Source: Atractiella rhizophila (taxonomy: Eukaryota). Taken from it: a stretch of 25,688 nt of DNA. The DNA lies in contig MU271334.1 in the NCBI GenBank assembly GCA_021432655.1, positions 62,001-87,688 on the forward strand, in the 5' to 3' direction. This document shows, piece after piece, positions 1-12,048 of the stretch (position 1 is the stretch's first letter; every line of letters begins with the position of its first letter). The position numbers and the translations under genes were made by a program. The notes beneath the pieces were generated by a model. It saw only the letters and a list, made by a program, of their open reading frames with translations, ran no database searches and was not told the origin of the DNA.

Positions 1-541
1 GGACATTGCAAACCATTCCCGGTTCCTCTCAATCCAATGAAAACATGGGCTGACTTTTCCTTTAGCCTGGCAGTGATGACTTTATTCAAGAGTGATAATC
101 CCTTCCCTCCGCACAGGACCGCTCACTGTTATTCCCTTTCTTGAAGAAGCGAAACCGACTAAGTCACAAGTTCAATCCACTCTTCTTTTCGAACGCGACG
201 TCAAACAAATCTTTTCCGACTTGGACGAAGAAATCACGAATCTAGTATCCACAGCTTCCTCAGACTTGTACGCTGTTATCCTGCGCCATCTCATCTGCAG
301 TGAGAGATCTACGCGACTCGCTGACTTCGGTATGCTTTGTGTTTACAGGGATGGGACTGTCAAGGCGATCCGTGCTGCCCTGCACGCAGCGAATGATGGA
401 GGAGTTGCGGATAAGGAAGAAGAGCTCGACCTCAATGTTGAACTCATCGGGGTCACCGAAGCCATGAATAAACTTTTGCAAGATTGTGAGACCAAGAACG
501 ATGAATTTTGGACACGGGTTCCCGAAATCGGTTCGTGGTGA
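1..541 (+). CDS. 3' part of an unknown spliced protein-coding gene (enters from the left edge)
   Basis: Open frame to TGA at 539-541 with protein-like composition; intron-like segments upstream (acceptor tttag at 61-65; GTGATA at 92 ... gctcac ... gaag). No family recognised. Confidence 0.5.
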
Positions 542-851
542 TAGTCTGCTTCAACCCGCGCCATGCTGAGTGAGGCGTACCTGGTGTAGTAAAAGGAAGG
601 AGAGAGAGAATCAACGCTTTCAAAGCTGAGACCAACGCTGAGTTTAAGAAGAGCTTTGCGAAGGAGAGGAAGCGAATTCAACAGTCAAACGATGCGAGAG
701 TTCTCTGGAAATCGATCAGAGCAGGATTAAGTGTTTGAATTATCTCTATCTGCTGTGTGTATAACCGATCTCCGAAGTGTATCAACGTGATGTTCTATGA
801 AAAGAAGCCGTTAGCCATGTAAACTTCCCTTCAAGAAGACTCACCTCTTGA

Positions 852-2518
852 TCAGAGCTTGAACCCTCCTGGCACTTGCCGCTGAAATACACCTTTTGGA
901 TCGTATTTTTTGCTCATCTGTTTCAGAAAGGCTAGGTTTTTGGCACCATAGCCCTCAAACGGCTTCTGTGAAGGGTTCGCGTAGTTGATGTATTGGTATT
1001 GCCTGAGCAGCCCACTCTCCTCCGCAGACTTGTCTAGTTCAGCTAAGAGCGACTGAGCCTGGGTACTGATCTCGGAACAAGAGGAGGAATCGGGCCAAAT
1101 TGCTGTCAAAAGCAGAACTGTATCACCTTTCGTGAGGTAAATGGGGAAAAGAGTGAAGACAGGCGTACCAAAATCATTCCCTTCTTGGGATATGCCGAAG
1201 ATGTCGTTCTTTGTAAGCTTTTTAATGGCAGTTGGAAAAGGCTCCAATGCTATGTCCCATAGCACACCGCCTGTTGGGTTAAAGGAATACACCGTTGAGT
1301 TGACAATGTTGAAGAAGTTTTCCAATAAAGGAAGTGATACGCCATAAGTGCCTGTGTAAAACGCCCAATTCCTGTCGGTGTTGCTTTAGGGCTGCTCCAA
1401 ATATTGGAGAGGAGCATGCTCACAATGGACGTGTTGCGGCTTCCGCCGCCAGGGTCGATAGGTTTTGAATTGCCGAGCTGTTAGTTAACTGAGGTATTTG
1501 GAAGAGTTCCTCGTACACCGCTGGTCGCGCGACGGGTTTGGTATAAAGCGGATTGCTGCTGATTACCCAACTTTTGGTCGTGGAGTTAAAGATGAGGCCA
1601 GTGACGATGGATGCATGAACATCATATTCTGCGGAGTCCGCGATATTGGTGAATGCTTGAAAGATGGCTGAACTTTGACCAATCGAATTGACCACGCTGC
1701 CACCGAGTATTTGGCCAATTTGCACTGGTGTGTAATCGATGCGGGTAACAACGCCGAAATTGTTTGCTCCACCTTTAAGAGCCTTGAAAAGATCTGAGTG
1801 AGAAGTAGCGTTCACATTCGTGAGCTTTCCGTCTGCCAAAACAATCTTTTCAAACGGACATCAGCATCACTGTAATTTTAAAGCGAGAAACTACATACCT
1901 CAAAGTTGACCACTGTATCACAAGTCAATCCTACTTGCGGACTCCAATAGCTTATTCCCCCTCCTAAAGTCAAACCAGCAACACCAACAGCCCCATTCCT
2001 TCCACCAGCCACCGTAAGTCCCAAAGGATCAAGGAACCTGTAAACATCGATCCATTCGGCTCCAGCACCGACGGACACCACCTTGGTTCCATCGTCTACA
2101 GTGATGGAGTCAAGGCGGCTCATGTCAATCGTTACACCACCATCGATATTCGCGAATCCTGCAGCTGGCGCATGTGTGGCACCTTTGATCGCGAATTTGC
2201 AGTGAGAGGAAGAGGGAGCGGTGAGCACTGAAACTGCTTGTGCTAGGTCGGACGGGGAGGTGGGAGCGAGGAAGCAGGATGGGGAGAGATTGGCTTCTTG
2301 TAAAGACCAATAGGAGGAGAGCGTGGACTGGTAAGTCGCATTCGATGGATACAGTACTTTGGACGGTAAAGCTTGTTCCAAGGAAGAGCACTGTCAAGAA
2401 ACACTCAGTATGAATTCCTTTGTATAGTTATGCAGGCAATACTCACACAGTCGACACTCGCTTGACACACTGAAAACCACGTAAGGAAAAACAACAAACT
2501 AACCGCCGTCGACTTCAT
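852..2518 (-). CDS. Secreted FAD-linked oxidoreductase, berberine-bridge-enzyme/VAO (AA7-like) family, ~501 aa, 4 exons (2518-2447, 2390-1899, 1845-1424, 1371-852)
   Basis: Signal-peptide-like MKSTAVSLLFFLTWFSVCQA; FAIKGATH (position of FAD-binding His); GVAGLTLGGG; DLFKALKGGANNFGVVT; C-terminal YINYA...KKYDPKGVFQ. Three GT-AG introns of 56, 53 and 52 nt keep the frame. Confidence 0.92.
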
Positions 2519-3695
2519 TTCCGCCGTCACTGTAGATGCCGGGTGAAGGAAGGCGTTTCTTTTGAGGCTAACGATGTGCTATTTTCGGAGGAGTCTCTGG
2601 TCATGCAGCCATGCTGTGGATTGCGGAAGCGACCGAAAAACGCGAGAGGAATATCCTCACGGCTCTTTTGGCCGTATTCTTGATCCTTTGCAAGTACCCT
2701 TGAGTTTGAAACATAGAGCAGCTTGGGAAAGGCTCCTCCTGCAGCGCCTCTTTCAGTTAACCGATTTATCAAGGCATTTGGATCAGTTTGATAATGTCTG
2801 TAAATTTTTCGAAAGTCTATGTACAAGCAGCCTTGAGCAGAATAACACCTTGATTTCCAGCTGAAGCAAGAGTAGCTTCTCTTTAGGGAGAGGATCCGTT
2901 CTCTGGCGGCTCTCACCTCAGGATTTGGCAGGAAGAATGTGACAGCTCCTGCTTCCAAACTCATCAGCACTCATTTCAAACAGAAAGCACGTCACGGGAG
3001 AAGAAGCGAAGCGAAGCGCATCAGAGTAACTATGAAAGCCATCCTCGACGTTGTTATACGTCTCTAGCTCCTTTCTCACGAGAGGAGGTTCGATGCAGAA
3101 TACGGCGGTGCAGCTCATCCTTTGCTTTGTATCGCAAGCAATGACCTAACCATAACAGGAGAAAATAACTCACTTCGCATGAATTGATCGCTACTCATCC
3201 TTCTTCCATGCTGCTATGCATGATCCATTCTCATTCTAGTTATACACCTAGCGCATAGAACGCGACTGTTCTGTAACTGTACTTCATGCATGCTTCATGG
3301 TGGTTGAAACTAGTGAAAGAAAAAATTTGGCGAAGCGAAGTTCCCAAGGAGCGCGACTCCGCTGCTTGCGCTCACCCGCGCCCTCCACAGAGCAAGCGCG
3401 TTTCATATAAATACCCACCGAAACCTTCGACGCGCTTTGACTCGTCCTAGCTCCTTCAATTTCGCTGTTCGTCCCAAATATATAATTCCAAACGCTCCCC
3501 AGCAAATTCTCAAGGTTCCTTTTGGATCCCATCAACTACAAGACGACTTTCCTTCTCTGCTCACTTCATCGCCCCTTCTTCCTTCCCCTCACCAGGAGGT
3601 ATCTCCAAATATCCCAGTTCTGCACATCCCTTCATCGCTGCAAAGTTTCACGACTGCCTTACACGCGAAGACTCACCAAAACTGCCGAAATCACC

Positions 3696-5303
3696 ATGCC
3701 TGTCACAAGTCTGAAGCGTAAAGCGTCGACAGTCTCCAATGGACAGAAGGGGAAGAAGGCACGCGAAGAAGACTCTGACGATTCCATGAATGGTGTTTCA
3801 GATGCTAGTGAAGGCGAAGAATCTGTGAGCGACGTGGAGGAGAAACCGAAGAAAGGAGGGTTGAAGCGGAAGGCGTCGAAGATATTGAAGACTGTGACCG
3901 GGAAAGGAAAAGGGAAGAAAAAGGATGTGGAAGAGGAAGGCAGTGGTGGAGAGGAAGAAGAGGAAGAGGAAAAGCCGAAGAAAAAGGCTAAGAAGGCAAA
4001 GGCTCCCGTGTCCGCCTTCAATCTTTCTTTCTTTCCACGACACGCTGATGAGGTCGGAAGAATAGGCAACCCCTCGACCCTTCTATTCCGCACAATACGA
4101 GTCTTCCGGATCCTCTGGTTTTGAAGAAGAGGGAGGAAGGAAGGATAAGAGTGGTCAGTTGGAATGTCGCCGGGTTAAATGCAAGTCTGAAGAAGGTTCG
4201 TCCCCTCTCTTCCTTCTTCTAAAGCACCGTTGTTTATGAAAAGTTACCCTCGATTCAGGGATTCAAATCCTACATCTCAGCTGAAGACCCCGACATCCTC
4301 TTCATCAGTGAGACGCGTCTCTCGTCCGAGCTGACATTCGAAAAAGAGACCGAGGAGCGCTATCCTGTACGTGCTAATCCTCCTTTCTTCCTATGCTGAT
4401 ACAGAGAGCATAGCACAAATATTTCGGTTTCGATCCCAAAAAAGGCAACGCTGGCGTCCTCTTCCTCTCCAAAATCGAACCCACAAAAGTCGTAAAAGGG
4501 CTCCCAACCTGGACCACGCCCAGCGAAACCGAAGGGCGTACGTGTTTCTTCCTTCCAAACGTTACTCAAAAGCTAACAATCCCAATACGCAGGGATAATC
4601 ACTTTGGAGTTCCCCACTTGCTACCTCATCGGTACCTACACTCCAAACGCAGGAGCGGGACTCAAGACGCTGCCCTTCAAAGAAAAATGGAACGAAGCTT
4701 TCCTCGCCTATCTCCTCGATTTGGATAAAACAGGGAAACCGATCGTCTGGATGGGAGACATCAATTGTGCGCGCACCGCTATCGGTTCGTCCCACTGTGC
4801 TGCCGAGGTTTGTTGTGCTGATTGAGATGGATAGACATAAGGAACGCAAAAACCAATTGGAATAAGTCCGCTGGGTACACCGAGCAGGAGTGTCAAGGAT
4901 TAGAGAAACAGTTGAAGTTGGAAGGAAACACCATGGGACGGTTAGTCGATACCTGGAGGGAGAAAGAAGGAAATAAGGAACGAGAAGGGGTGTACACGTC
5001 AGTTTTCACTGCCTTTGAAGCACCAATTAGCGCTGTTGAACATGGGGTTGTGTATAGGTATTATGCGTATAAGTTCCAGTGTCGCTCAAAAGGAATTGGA
5101 TGGAGGCTGGATGGAGTCTATGTATGTTCCATATTCATTCTTTCAAGCCTTCGTCTCCTGAAGTGGATATTGGTGTGCTGACGAAATGAATCTAGGTGAG
5201 CGAAAGTTTTATGGCAAGAGTGAAGGATGCGGAGATCAGGAGTGAAGTTTGGGGAGCGAGCGATCACCTTCCAGTCTTGATAGATGTAGAGGGGAAGTTG
5301 TAG
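3696..5303 (+). CDS. AP endonuclease / exodeoxyribonuclease III family (APE1-like) with a Lys/Glu-rich N-terminal tail; multi-exon
   Basis: Spliced translation gives SWNVAG, PDILFISET, EGRIITLEF, YTPNAG, MGDINCA, AGYTEQE, LVDTWR, GWRLDG and SDHLP; stop TAG at 5301-5303. Confidence 0.92.
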
Positions 5304-5392
5304 TTCTTAAATCAGTCTTGGATGATCTCTTATTAACTAACGGTTTATGTGGCCTTTTGGACATCTGAAGAAAAGTGGAATACAATTACATT

Positions 5393-6732
5393 TTAATCTC
5401 TCATTCGACTTGGAGAGAACCTCCCTACCCCAACTTCTCGGATCTTATACTTCCTTATCAACCGTCGCGGATCATTCCAATCCTCTGGCATGACTGAAGA
5501 GGTGGGAGGGATGGTGACATAGGCTAAAACGAGTGTCTGTCACCGTCCATCCACGATCAATCAGTTCGTTCACATCTTGTTTCCAGCAAGAGGGCCAAGG
5601 CAGATAGGAATTAGAATTAGACGTACCTTCTTCACTCCGCTCGTGATTCGATTGAGTGTAAGGAAGCGAGTCCATGGCATGCCTTTCTCCTTCGACTTCT
5701 TGTCTGCATCTGAAAATGTCGGTATAACTTTGATAGAAAATCTGTAGGGTTGTATCCCTCCCATAGTCAACAGCAGCAGAAGGAAGTGAGAAAAGAGACA
5801 GACTCTGCATGCCCTCCCGCTGGTCCTCCCCTTCCATAAGCGACCCAGTCAACGCAAAACTTGATTCCGCTCCTTAAAACCCATCCGAGAGATCGATAGT
5901 GGTGATAGACGAGGTAAGATAGGAGGAAAGGGTTGTCCGGCTCCTTTTCTCTACCTCCGTGAGCAAGAAAGGCGTCCCATGTTTCTTCAATGCTCAACGA
6001 TGTGACGCGATCTGAAGGCTGGAGGACGTGGGTACCGATACCGAAAATGAGGAAAAAAGCCTCCTCCTTCTGCAGCTGAAGCCTCTCCTCGCCCCTCAAC
6101 TCCCTCAAATCCTCTTCTGAAAAATCCTCCAAGCCGTCTCCTCTCCCTTTTCCAGCTCCTTCTTCCAACGAAGGAAGAGGCGGAAGTCCCTTTTTCTCCC
6201 TCTTTGCCCTACCCAACTCTCTCCTCCGTCGTGCTGTCCTCTCTTCTCGTGTCTCGATGAAAGACAATCCGAGGCGATTGGAGAGACGGACGAAAAAGGT
6301 AGGCTCGGATTTGGACAGTGTACCTTTGCCGAAGGAGCCTTCCCGCCACAGAGATGTCGTATCGCCCTCTTCGACAGGAAGGTAGATACAATCTGTATCT
6401 ACATCCCATACCAAAACCTCTTTCCGCCGCTCTCTCCAAGATCTCCACAGCGTCCCAACGCCACAAAGCAGGATCCCAGTGATCGCGGCAGAGTTTGAGG
6501 TTCGAGTGAAGTTGCGTACGAAGGAGCGCGTTGAGAGGGCGTAGAGAATTGGCGAGAGTAACAAGATGTTTCGAACGGAGAAGAGGGAGGCGATTGGGTG
6601 CAGAGGGAGTGGTACGACGAGCGATGCGGGTAAGGCTCCCTGTTTTGCGCGGGAGACTAGGGGAACCTGTCTTGTCTGACCAGATTTAAGAGGCGTTCGT
6701 TTAGCCTGGGGTTTAGGGTTCGATTGCGACAT
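5393..6732 (-). CDS. SEN2: tRNA-splicing endonuclease catalytic subunit Sen2; exons 6732-5804, 5741-5627, 5536-5393
   Basis: LWREGSFGKGTLSKSEP, ERLQLQKEEAFFL, YHHYRSLGWVLRSGIKF; catalytic Tyr/His/Lys context in VAYGRGGPAGGHAEF...GVKKTL; ends RFSPSRMRD. Confidence 0.93.
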
Positions 6733-7284
6733 GTGGAAGAAGTTTTAAGTTGAGAGAGAATAGCTAAGCTGAGAAGAAAGCGAAGTCAGTCCATTTCACT
6801 CGCTCACCGACCATTGCTAGTGGAATGAGCACAAAACCTGCGAGAAGGTACTGCAGTAAGTTTTTCAATATGTCAACCAACCTGGGACCTCGTTTTGGTG
6901 GTTACTGCAATAGAAATTGAACTTCAACACTGAGATCATTGAAAAATGGACAAGGAACGAGGTGGGAAAAAAAATTGACGACGCCTGTGTGATTCGAACA
7001 CACGCCCTCGAAAGGAATGCCTTAGCAGGGCATCGCGTTAACCACTCCGCCAAAGCGCCAATGTCACTATTTTCTTTATGTGCGTTCTCTTAGGTGTCAC
7101 AAAAACAATAACCCATTCTCTTCAACTGCCATCAATTGCATTGAGTCGACACCAAGTCGTAAACTTGCCAATTACCATCCTATACATTCTTCATGTAAGT
7201 CCATAGACGTGATTAGATGGTTCCAATCTCTGACGTCCCCATAGACTTCAAGTTTTGCACGCATTACCACCATCAAAAGCAAGG

Positions 7285-8298
7285 ATGTCCGCATCGCAAT
7301 CTGAAAAGTCGCGCCAGGCGGCGTTGGAGAAGAAACGAGCGGATTTCCTAACATCTGTCGCTCAAGAGAAGCAGCGTATAATATCTGAAAGCTCGAAAGA
7401 TCGAACATCGGCAGCACGTTTCGTCGGGCAAAATGATTCGATGGAAGAGGTGTTGAAGAAGGGAACAGTGGGGTTGGTGCACTTGGACAGTTTCAAAGCG
7501 GTCCAGGAAGAGCTGCAAGAGCAGAAAAGGAGGGAGGCAGCTGGGACGGATTTAGAGGCTTTGAGGAGGGAAGAAGAGGCGGAGAGGGCGAAGATGGAGA
7601 AGAAGAGGAAGAAGGAAGAGAAACGGAAGAAGAAGTCTAACCTCTCGTTCGATACAGGAGAAGAGGTGGATTCGGCATCGTCAGCTCCTTCAAAACCCAA
7701 GAGGGACCTAGACCCAGTCGAAGAGACGCCAGAGGATGCACCACCGGTCAAGAAACTCAAAAAGAATCCGAATGTCGACACCTCTTTCCTCCCCGACCGC
7801 GAACGTGAAGCGAAAGAACGAGCGATCAAAGAAGAGCTGCGTCTCGAGTTCCTCGCCAACCAAGAACTCATCAAAGCCGAACCCGTAGAAATCACGTATT
7901 CGTATTGGGACGGATCTGGTCATCGAAAGTCTGTCATGTGCACGAAGGGAGACACCATCTCCAACTTCCTTGAAAAGTGCCGCGCTCAGTTTCCGGAGTT
8001 GAGGAACGTCTCTGTCGACAATTTGATGTACATCAAGGAAGACTTGATCATTCCTCACCATTATAAGTTTTACGATTTCATTCTCAACAAGTATCGTGGC
8101 AAGAGCGGTCCCTTGTTCAATTTCGACGTCCATGACGATGTTCGGCTGATGGCGGATGCGACTATGGAGAAGGATGAAAGTCACGCCGGGAAGGTGGTAG
8201 AGAAGAGCTGGTATAATAGAAACAAGCACATATTTCCGGCAAGCAGGTGGGAGGTTTTTCATCCCGACAAGGACTACGGTAAATACACAATAGCATGA
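7285..8298 (+). CDS. XAP5: XAP5/FAM50 family nuclear protein, intronless, 337 aa
   Basis: [79 protein letters not shown]. First in-frame ATG at 7285. Confidence 0.96.
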   Translation: MSASQSEKSRQAALEKKRADFLTSVAQEKQRIISESSKDRTSAARFVGQNDSMEEVLKKGTVGLVHLDSFKAVQEELQEQKRREAAGTDLEALRREEEAERAKMEKKRKKEEKRKKKSNLSFDTGEEVDSASSAPSKPKRDLDPVEETPEDAPPVKKLKKNPNVDTSFLPDREREAKERAIKEELRLEFLANQELIKAEPVEITYSYWDGSGHRKSVMCTKGDTISNFLEKCRAQFPELRNVSVDNLMYIKEDLIIPHHYKFYDFILNKYRGKSGPLFNFDVHDDVRLMADATMEKDESHAGKVVEKSWYNRNKHIFPASRWEVFHPDKDYGKYTIA

Positions 8299-8909
8299 GT
8301 GCGTACTCCTCCTTGTTGTAGTATTGAGCCAACCCTATTGCATTAGGACTCTACCATGTCGTCGCAGAATCTTGTCATGACATGTGTTCGTATATTACTT
8401 TCAACTGGACACCATTTTTTCACTTCCCGCAATGCATCAAAGCATTTCCTTGTGAGCTGTCATCCATGAAGTGGCTGTCCATCGCCATCGCTATTATATC
8501 GCTTCCTTCACCGTATCCGATCCCACTGAGTCCGACAATCTCTGCACAGTTCGAATGATGATACCTGACAGCTCTGTGACCTTGAGAAGACGGGTGTTAC
8601 TGTGAGGTACCGCCTCTGAACGGTGGACCAGAACTAGACCAACATTCACTTTTAATCGAGCAAGATCGAGACTTAGCGATGGTTCATCAGGAGGTACAAG
8701 CGGGAAGGTGTGAATGTCTCAGAATTCCGTCGCAAGTTCCCTGTTCCCGCCGCTGGCGAATTCCTCTAAAGTCTCCTTCCCATGTCTCCTATTTTCTGTC
8801 CCATTTCAAAGCCCGAAGGATACTCTTTCGGAAGAAGTATTGAGACAGGTGGTGTGTACCGTTTCCTCCAACTTCAAGTTTTGAAGTTAATCTCTTCAAA
8901 GTCGCAATC

Positions 8910-9857
8910 ATGAACTTCACTCCATTAAATCGCTCGTACCTCCGCCTTCCTTCTACTCCAGAGCCCGTTTTCCGGCCCGTGGACGCGAACACGCCTCCTT
9001 CCAAACGTTCGACAAACGTTCCTACCCTCCCATCCTTTCTCGTACCAATCGAACATGTTCGACACAAGCAGGCATCCTTCGGTGGTTGTGCAGAACGGCT
9101 TGATATCTCAGTTATGGAGATGACAACTTCAATCCGAACCGTTCTCGACCCCTACGCGTTTTATCTCCGCTATCGGGAAGAAAACTTTCATTGGCCGTTC
9201 TACTTCCATTTCAATGATCCAAAGGTTGGCTATCGTCAGCAAGCGACTAGAACCGAATATTCGCGCCAACACATCGAGGTGATGTTTGCACCCGCCGAGA
9301 GGATGGAAGACAAAATCTCTGTTGCTTCCTTCGGCGAATATGACGAATCTCTGCGCTTTCTGGATTTGGCACCGTCGGGGATGGAGAAAACGCAAATACT
9401 CGTTGCGACAGTCGGAGTGCCTCGTCCAAGCCCTCATAGTTGGGATTCGTAGGAACGGATACGTGACCGAGTTTTTGAAGGAGGTGTCGTACTCAGACAG
9501 GGCGATGATATTATTTGTCTGAAGGTGCAGACCAGCGTTTATGTCGACGGTCAGCTCAATGGAGTAACAAAAGCGCTTCTCCTTGGTCGATACCACAGAG
9601 AAACAAAAGCCTACGAGTATAACGCCCGCCTTCCCTTCAGCAAGGACCTCAAGTACTCTTACAAGGCGGCAGACGTTACACTTGGATTAGCGGCGAAGAT
9701 GGTCGTTGTTCAAGAGTTTGTTGTCCTTGGGCAATACCAGGAAGATTACGAGCCTATCCTCTTGATCTTCACATTCTCTCTTCTCCCTAGCAATCAACTC
9801 CCTAGCTTCTCCCTCGCATCTGTCAGCATTTCACCTAGTTTGCGAAGTGGGAATTAG
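8910..9857 (+). CDS. Hypothetical protein, probably two or more exons
   Basis: ORF 8910-9452 continues in the same frame after its TAG to 9857; a 42-nt GT..AG segment (9411-9452) would remove the stop. No family recognised. Confidence 0.5.
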
Positions 9858-11540
9858 AAAATCAGACATCCTATTCTCGGTCGCGATCACTCGAATTTTC
9901 AATCTAGCCACAGTGGTACGATATTTCCTTTGTGACGCGGTCCCAAGAACTGTCGAAACTATTCTAACCTACCCAGTCATAGGAGTAGTCTCCCGTAGAA
10001 CAACCTCCGACACAACGGGGGATGGGCAAAACCCAAAGGTATACGCGTTGTATCTGAATGAATTACCAGCTTGACGGAAAGGTTACTCCTTTCAAGACAC
10101 TTTGCTCTTCTTCGTTTCAAAGTGCACGCCTCAAATAAATTTCAGACATGTGCCTAGTGTTCAAATTCAGGCTTTAGGAATCTAGTTCAATTCTCATTTG
10201 GTTGCAACTTCACGGTTATAGTACATGACATGATGTTTATTTGGTTCGACCTTTGATAAAAAAAACTTGACTCTTTCGGATTTCTAGGGTTTGTCATCAT
10301 TTTGGTAATCATTATAGTATATTAACCCCGTGACCTCGTTGTCTGGTGATTTCCAACAGAGTTAGCAAATCTAAATGACCATACTTCGCTAATCACACTG
10401 TCTAGAATATTTTCATGTAATGGACACCTGGGCAAAAAGAGAATGGCACAACTCTTGGTTGTTAAACGATTTTGATGGCTTTGCTGAGTGTAAACAAGGT
10501 GGCAACAAAAAGCAGTGAGTAATATTCGACATCGCAGGGATTTACTAATGTTTAGCAAGGGGAACGTGAATTTTCCGTCTCGGAGTGCACTACAGGCTGT
10601 CCGGGAGATCACATGTACAACACAGGCAACGACAGGTTGGTGAGATGACATGATCATAGGTGATATCAAAATGAGGGCAAAGATACAGTCATAGACAATG
10701 TTAACGTTACCAACAACAACAACATCATGGGTGATGACAGCGTGGTAGAGGAAAGCGGCGAACCCGTCTCGCGTGAAGTCTCCCCCACCACCACCCAAAT
10801 CTGTCAGACCGTTACACCAACAGGACGACATCGAATCCACTCTGAGCTCCCTTCCAAACATGCTCACGTTGCAGTCATGCAGGTTCTCCTGCATTGCATC
10901 GGCACCACATGGACTGACGTTGCTTCTTGCTTGAATCGATGTTCTCTTGGTTGCGTCTGTTGTGGTGGTAGATGGATGCCAGAATCAGGATGAGTTGGTC
11001 GACGTTAAGAGTGGTCGAAAAGAGAGCAGAGCTGTCGCGCTTTGTAAGGTCTGTTGAACCGAGAAACAAATTAGAAGCCCCTCAACACGCTGTAGGAACT
11101 GTCAGATCCACCCCTGGGATACTGGTGAGAAGGAAAAATTGACCCCTGGGGGTTTGCGGGATTCTGCACCTCAGTTCGGCAAAGATGTGCACGTAAGAAT
11201 GGTCCAGTTTTCAACACGACATTGCCGACACTGTAATTGCCCAGAAAGTTGCAAGTTTGCCTAAACCTCACTTTTTGCTCCTGTCTAAGAAATGTGAGTG
11301 ACTCTCTGCAGGGTATCTTGTGTTGACCTGTTGCTAAAAGGGTGATCCGAAGACCAGGGGTCGACTTTCCAGTCATCTGTCCCTGGAAAGACCCTCCACC
11401 ATTCGTAAGGTGGAGCTCAGAGGAACCTCGGTACAGTCTTGGATGGCTACTCGAAGGAGAATTATACCGATCCATGAGCATGGAGTTCTTGAACAGGCCG
11501 GATAGAAATGCTACAAGCTGCCTGTCAGGTTTGCATCTTA

Positions 11541-11641
11541 CGCAAATCGGCGCCCGTTCGCCGGATTGCGTCTCTTATTGCCCATTTGCGTTCCCTGCGA
11601 ATCGGCGCCCGTCGCCACTGCGTCTCCCGTCGCCCATTTGC
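11541..11641 (+). repeat. GC-rich imperfect tandem duplication (~55 bp period) in the U3 part of solo LTR A
   Basis: AATCGGCGCCCGT at 11545 and 11600; TGCGTCTC and GCCCATTTGC each occur twice. Confidence 0.75.
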
Positions 11642-11823
11642 ACCTACATCACCACTTAGCCAATTGTGCCTAACCTCCTCTTATTAACTCCATGTAATCC
11701 CACTGCCACTTCCCCTTTTAGTTCTCTTACATGTTTCATCTGCTCTCCTCCACGCTCTGTGGCAGTGTTATTCCGCTTGTATATATAGATCCGAGAGTAG
11801 TGGAGGTGACCTTAGAGTATTCT

Positions 11824-11892
11824 CTTAGGTTTATCTCCACTACAGGTTAGTCTTCATGTCATATCATGCACTTAGGTTTATCTCCACTACAG
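11824..11892 (+). repeat. Direct repeat X-(GT..)-X in solo LTR A defining a 47-nt intron-like unit at 11846-11892
   Basis: CTTAGGTTTATCTCCACTACAG at 11824-11845 and 11871-11892; the spacer starts GTTAGT; hairpin GTAGTGGAG/CTCCACTAC at 11797-11843. Confidence 0.85.
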
Positions 11893-12048
11893 ACGCATCG
11901 CCTATCGGCGACCGCACATAGTGTCAGCCCTAACACTGCCTCATCTTTGTGCTAAAAAGTGGGAGAGCGAGAACATGTTTGTCACTCCCTGAACCACCCT
12001 TCGAAGTCTTTCTACATTTAATGTGTTAAAGGGAAGGTCCACTCGCTG

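Larger units (their letters stand above)
11523..11935 (+). mobile_element. Solo LTR A (413 bp)
   Basis: Starts TGTCAGG, ends CCTAACA; perfect 5-bp TSD CTGCC (11518-11522 and 11936-11940); TATATATA at 11780-11787; 3' part alignable with solo LTR B. Confidence 0.85.

Noticed and set aside
2527..3535. ORFs between the FAD oxidoreductase and AP endonuclease genes
   Set aside because: No recognisable motifs or consistent exon chain; treated as a divergent promoter region.
9931..10330. Possible further solo LTR starting TGTGACGCGG
   Set aside because: No matching CA end with a duplicated flank and no module found.
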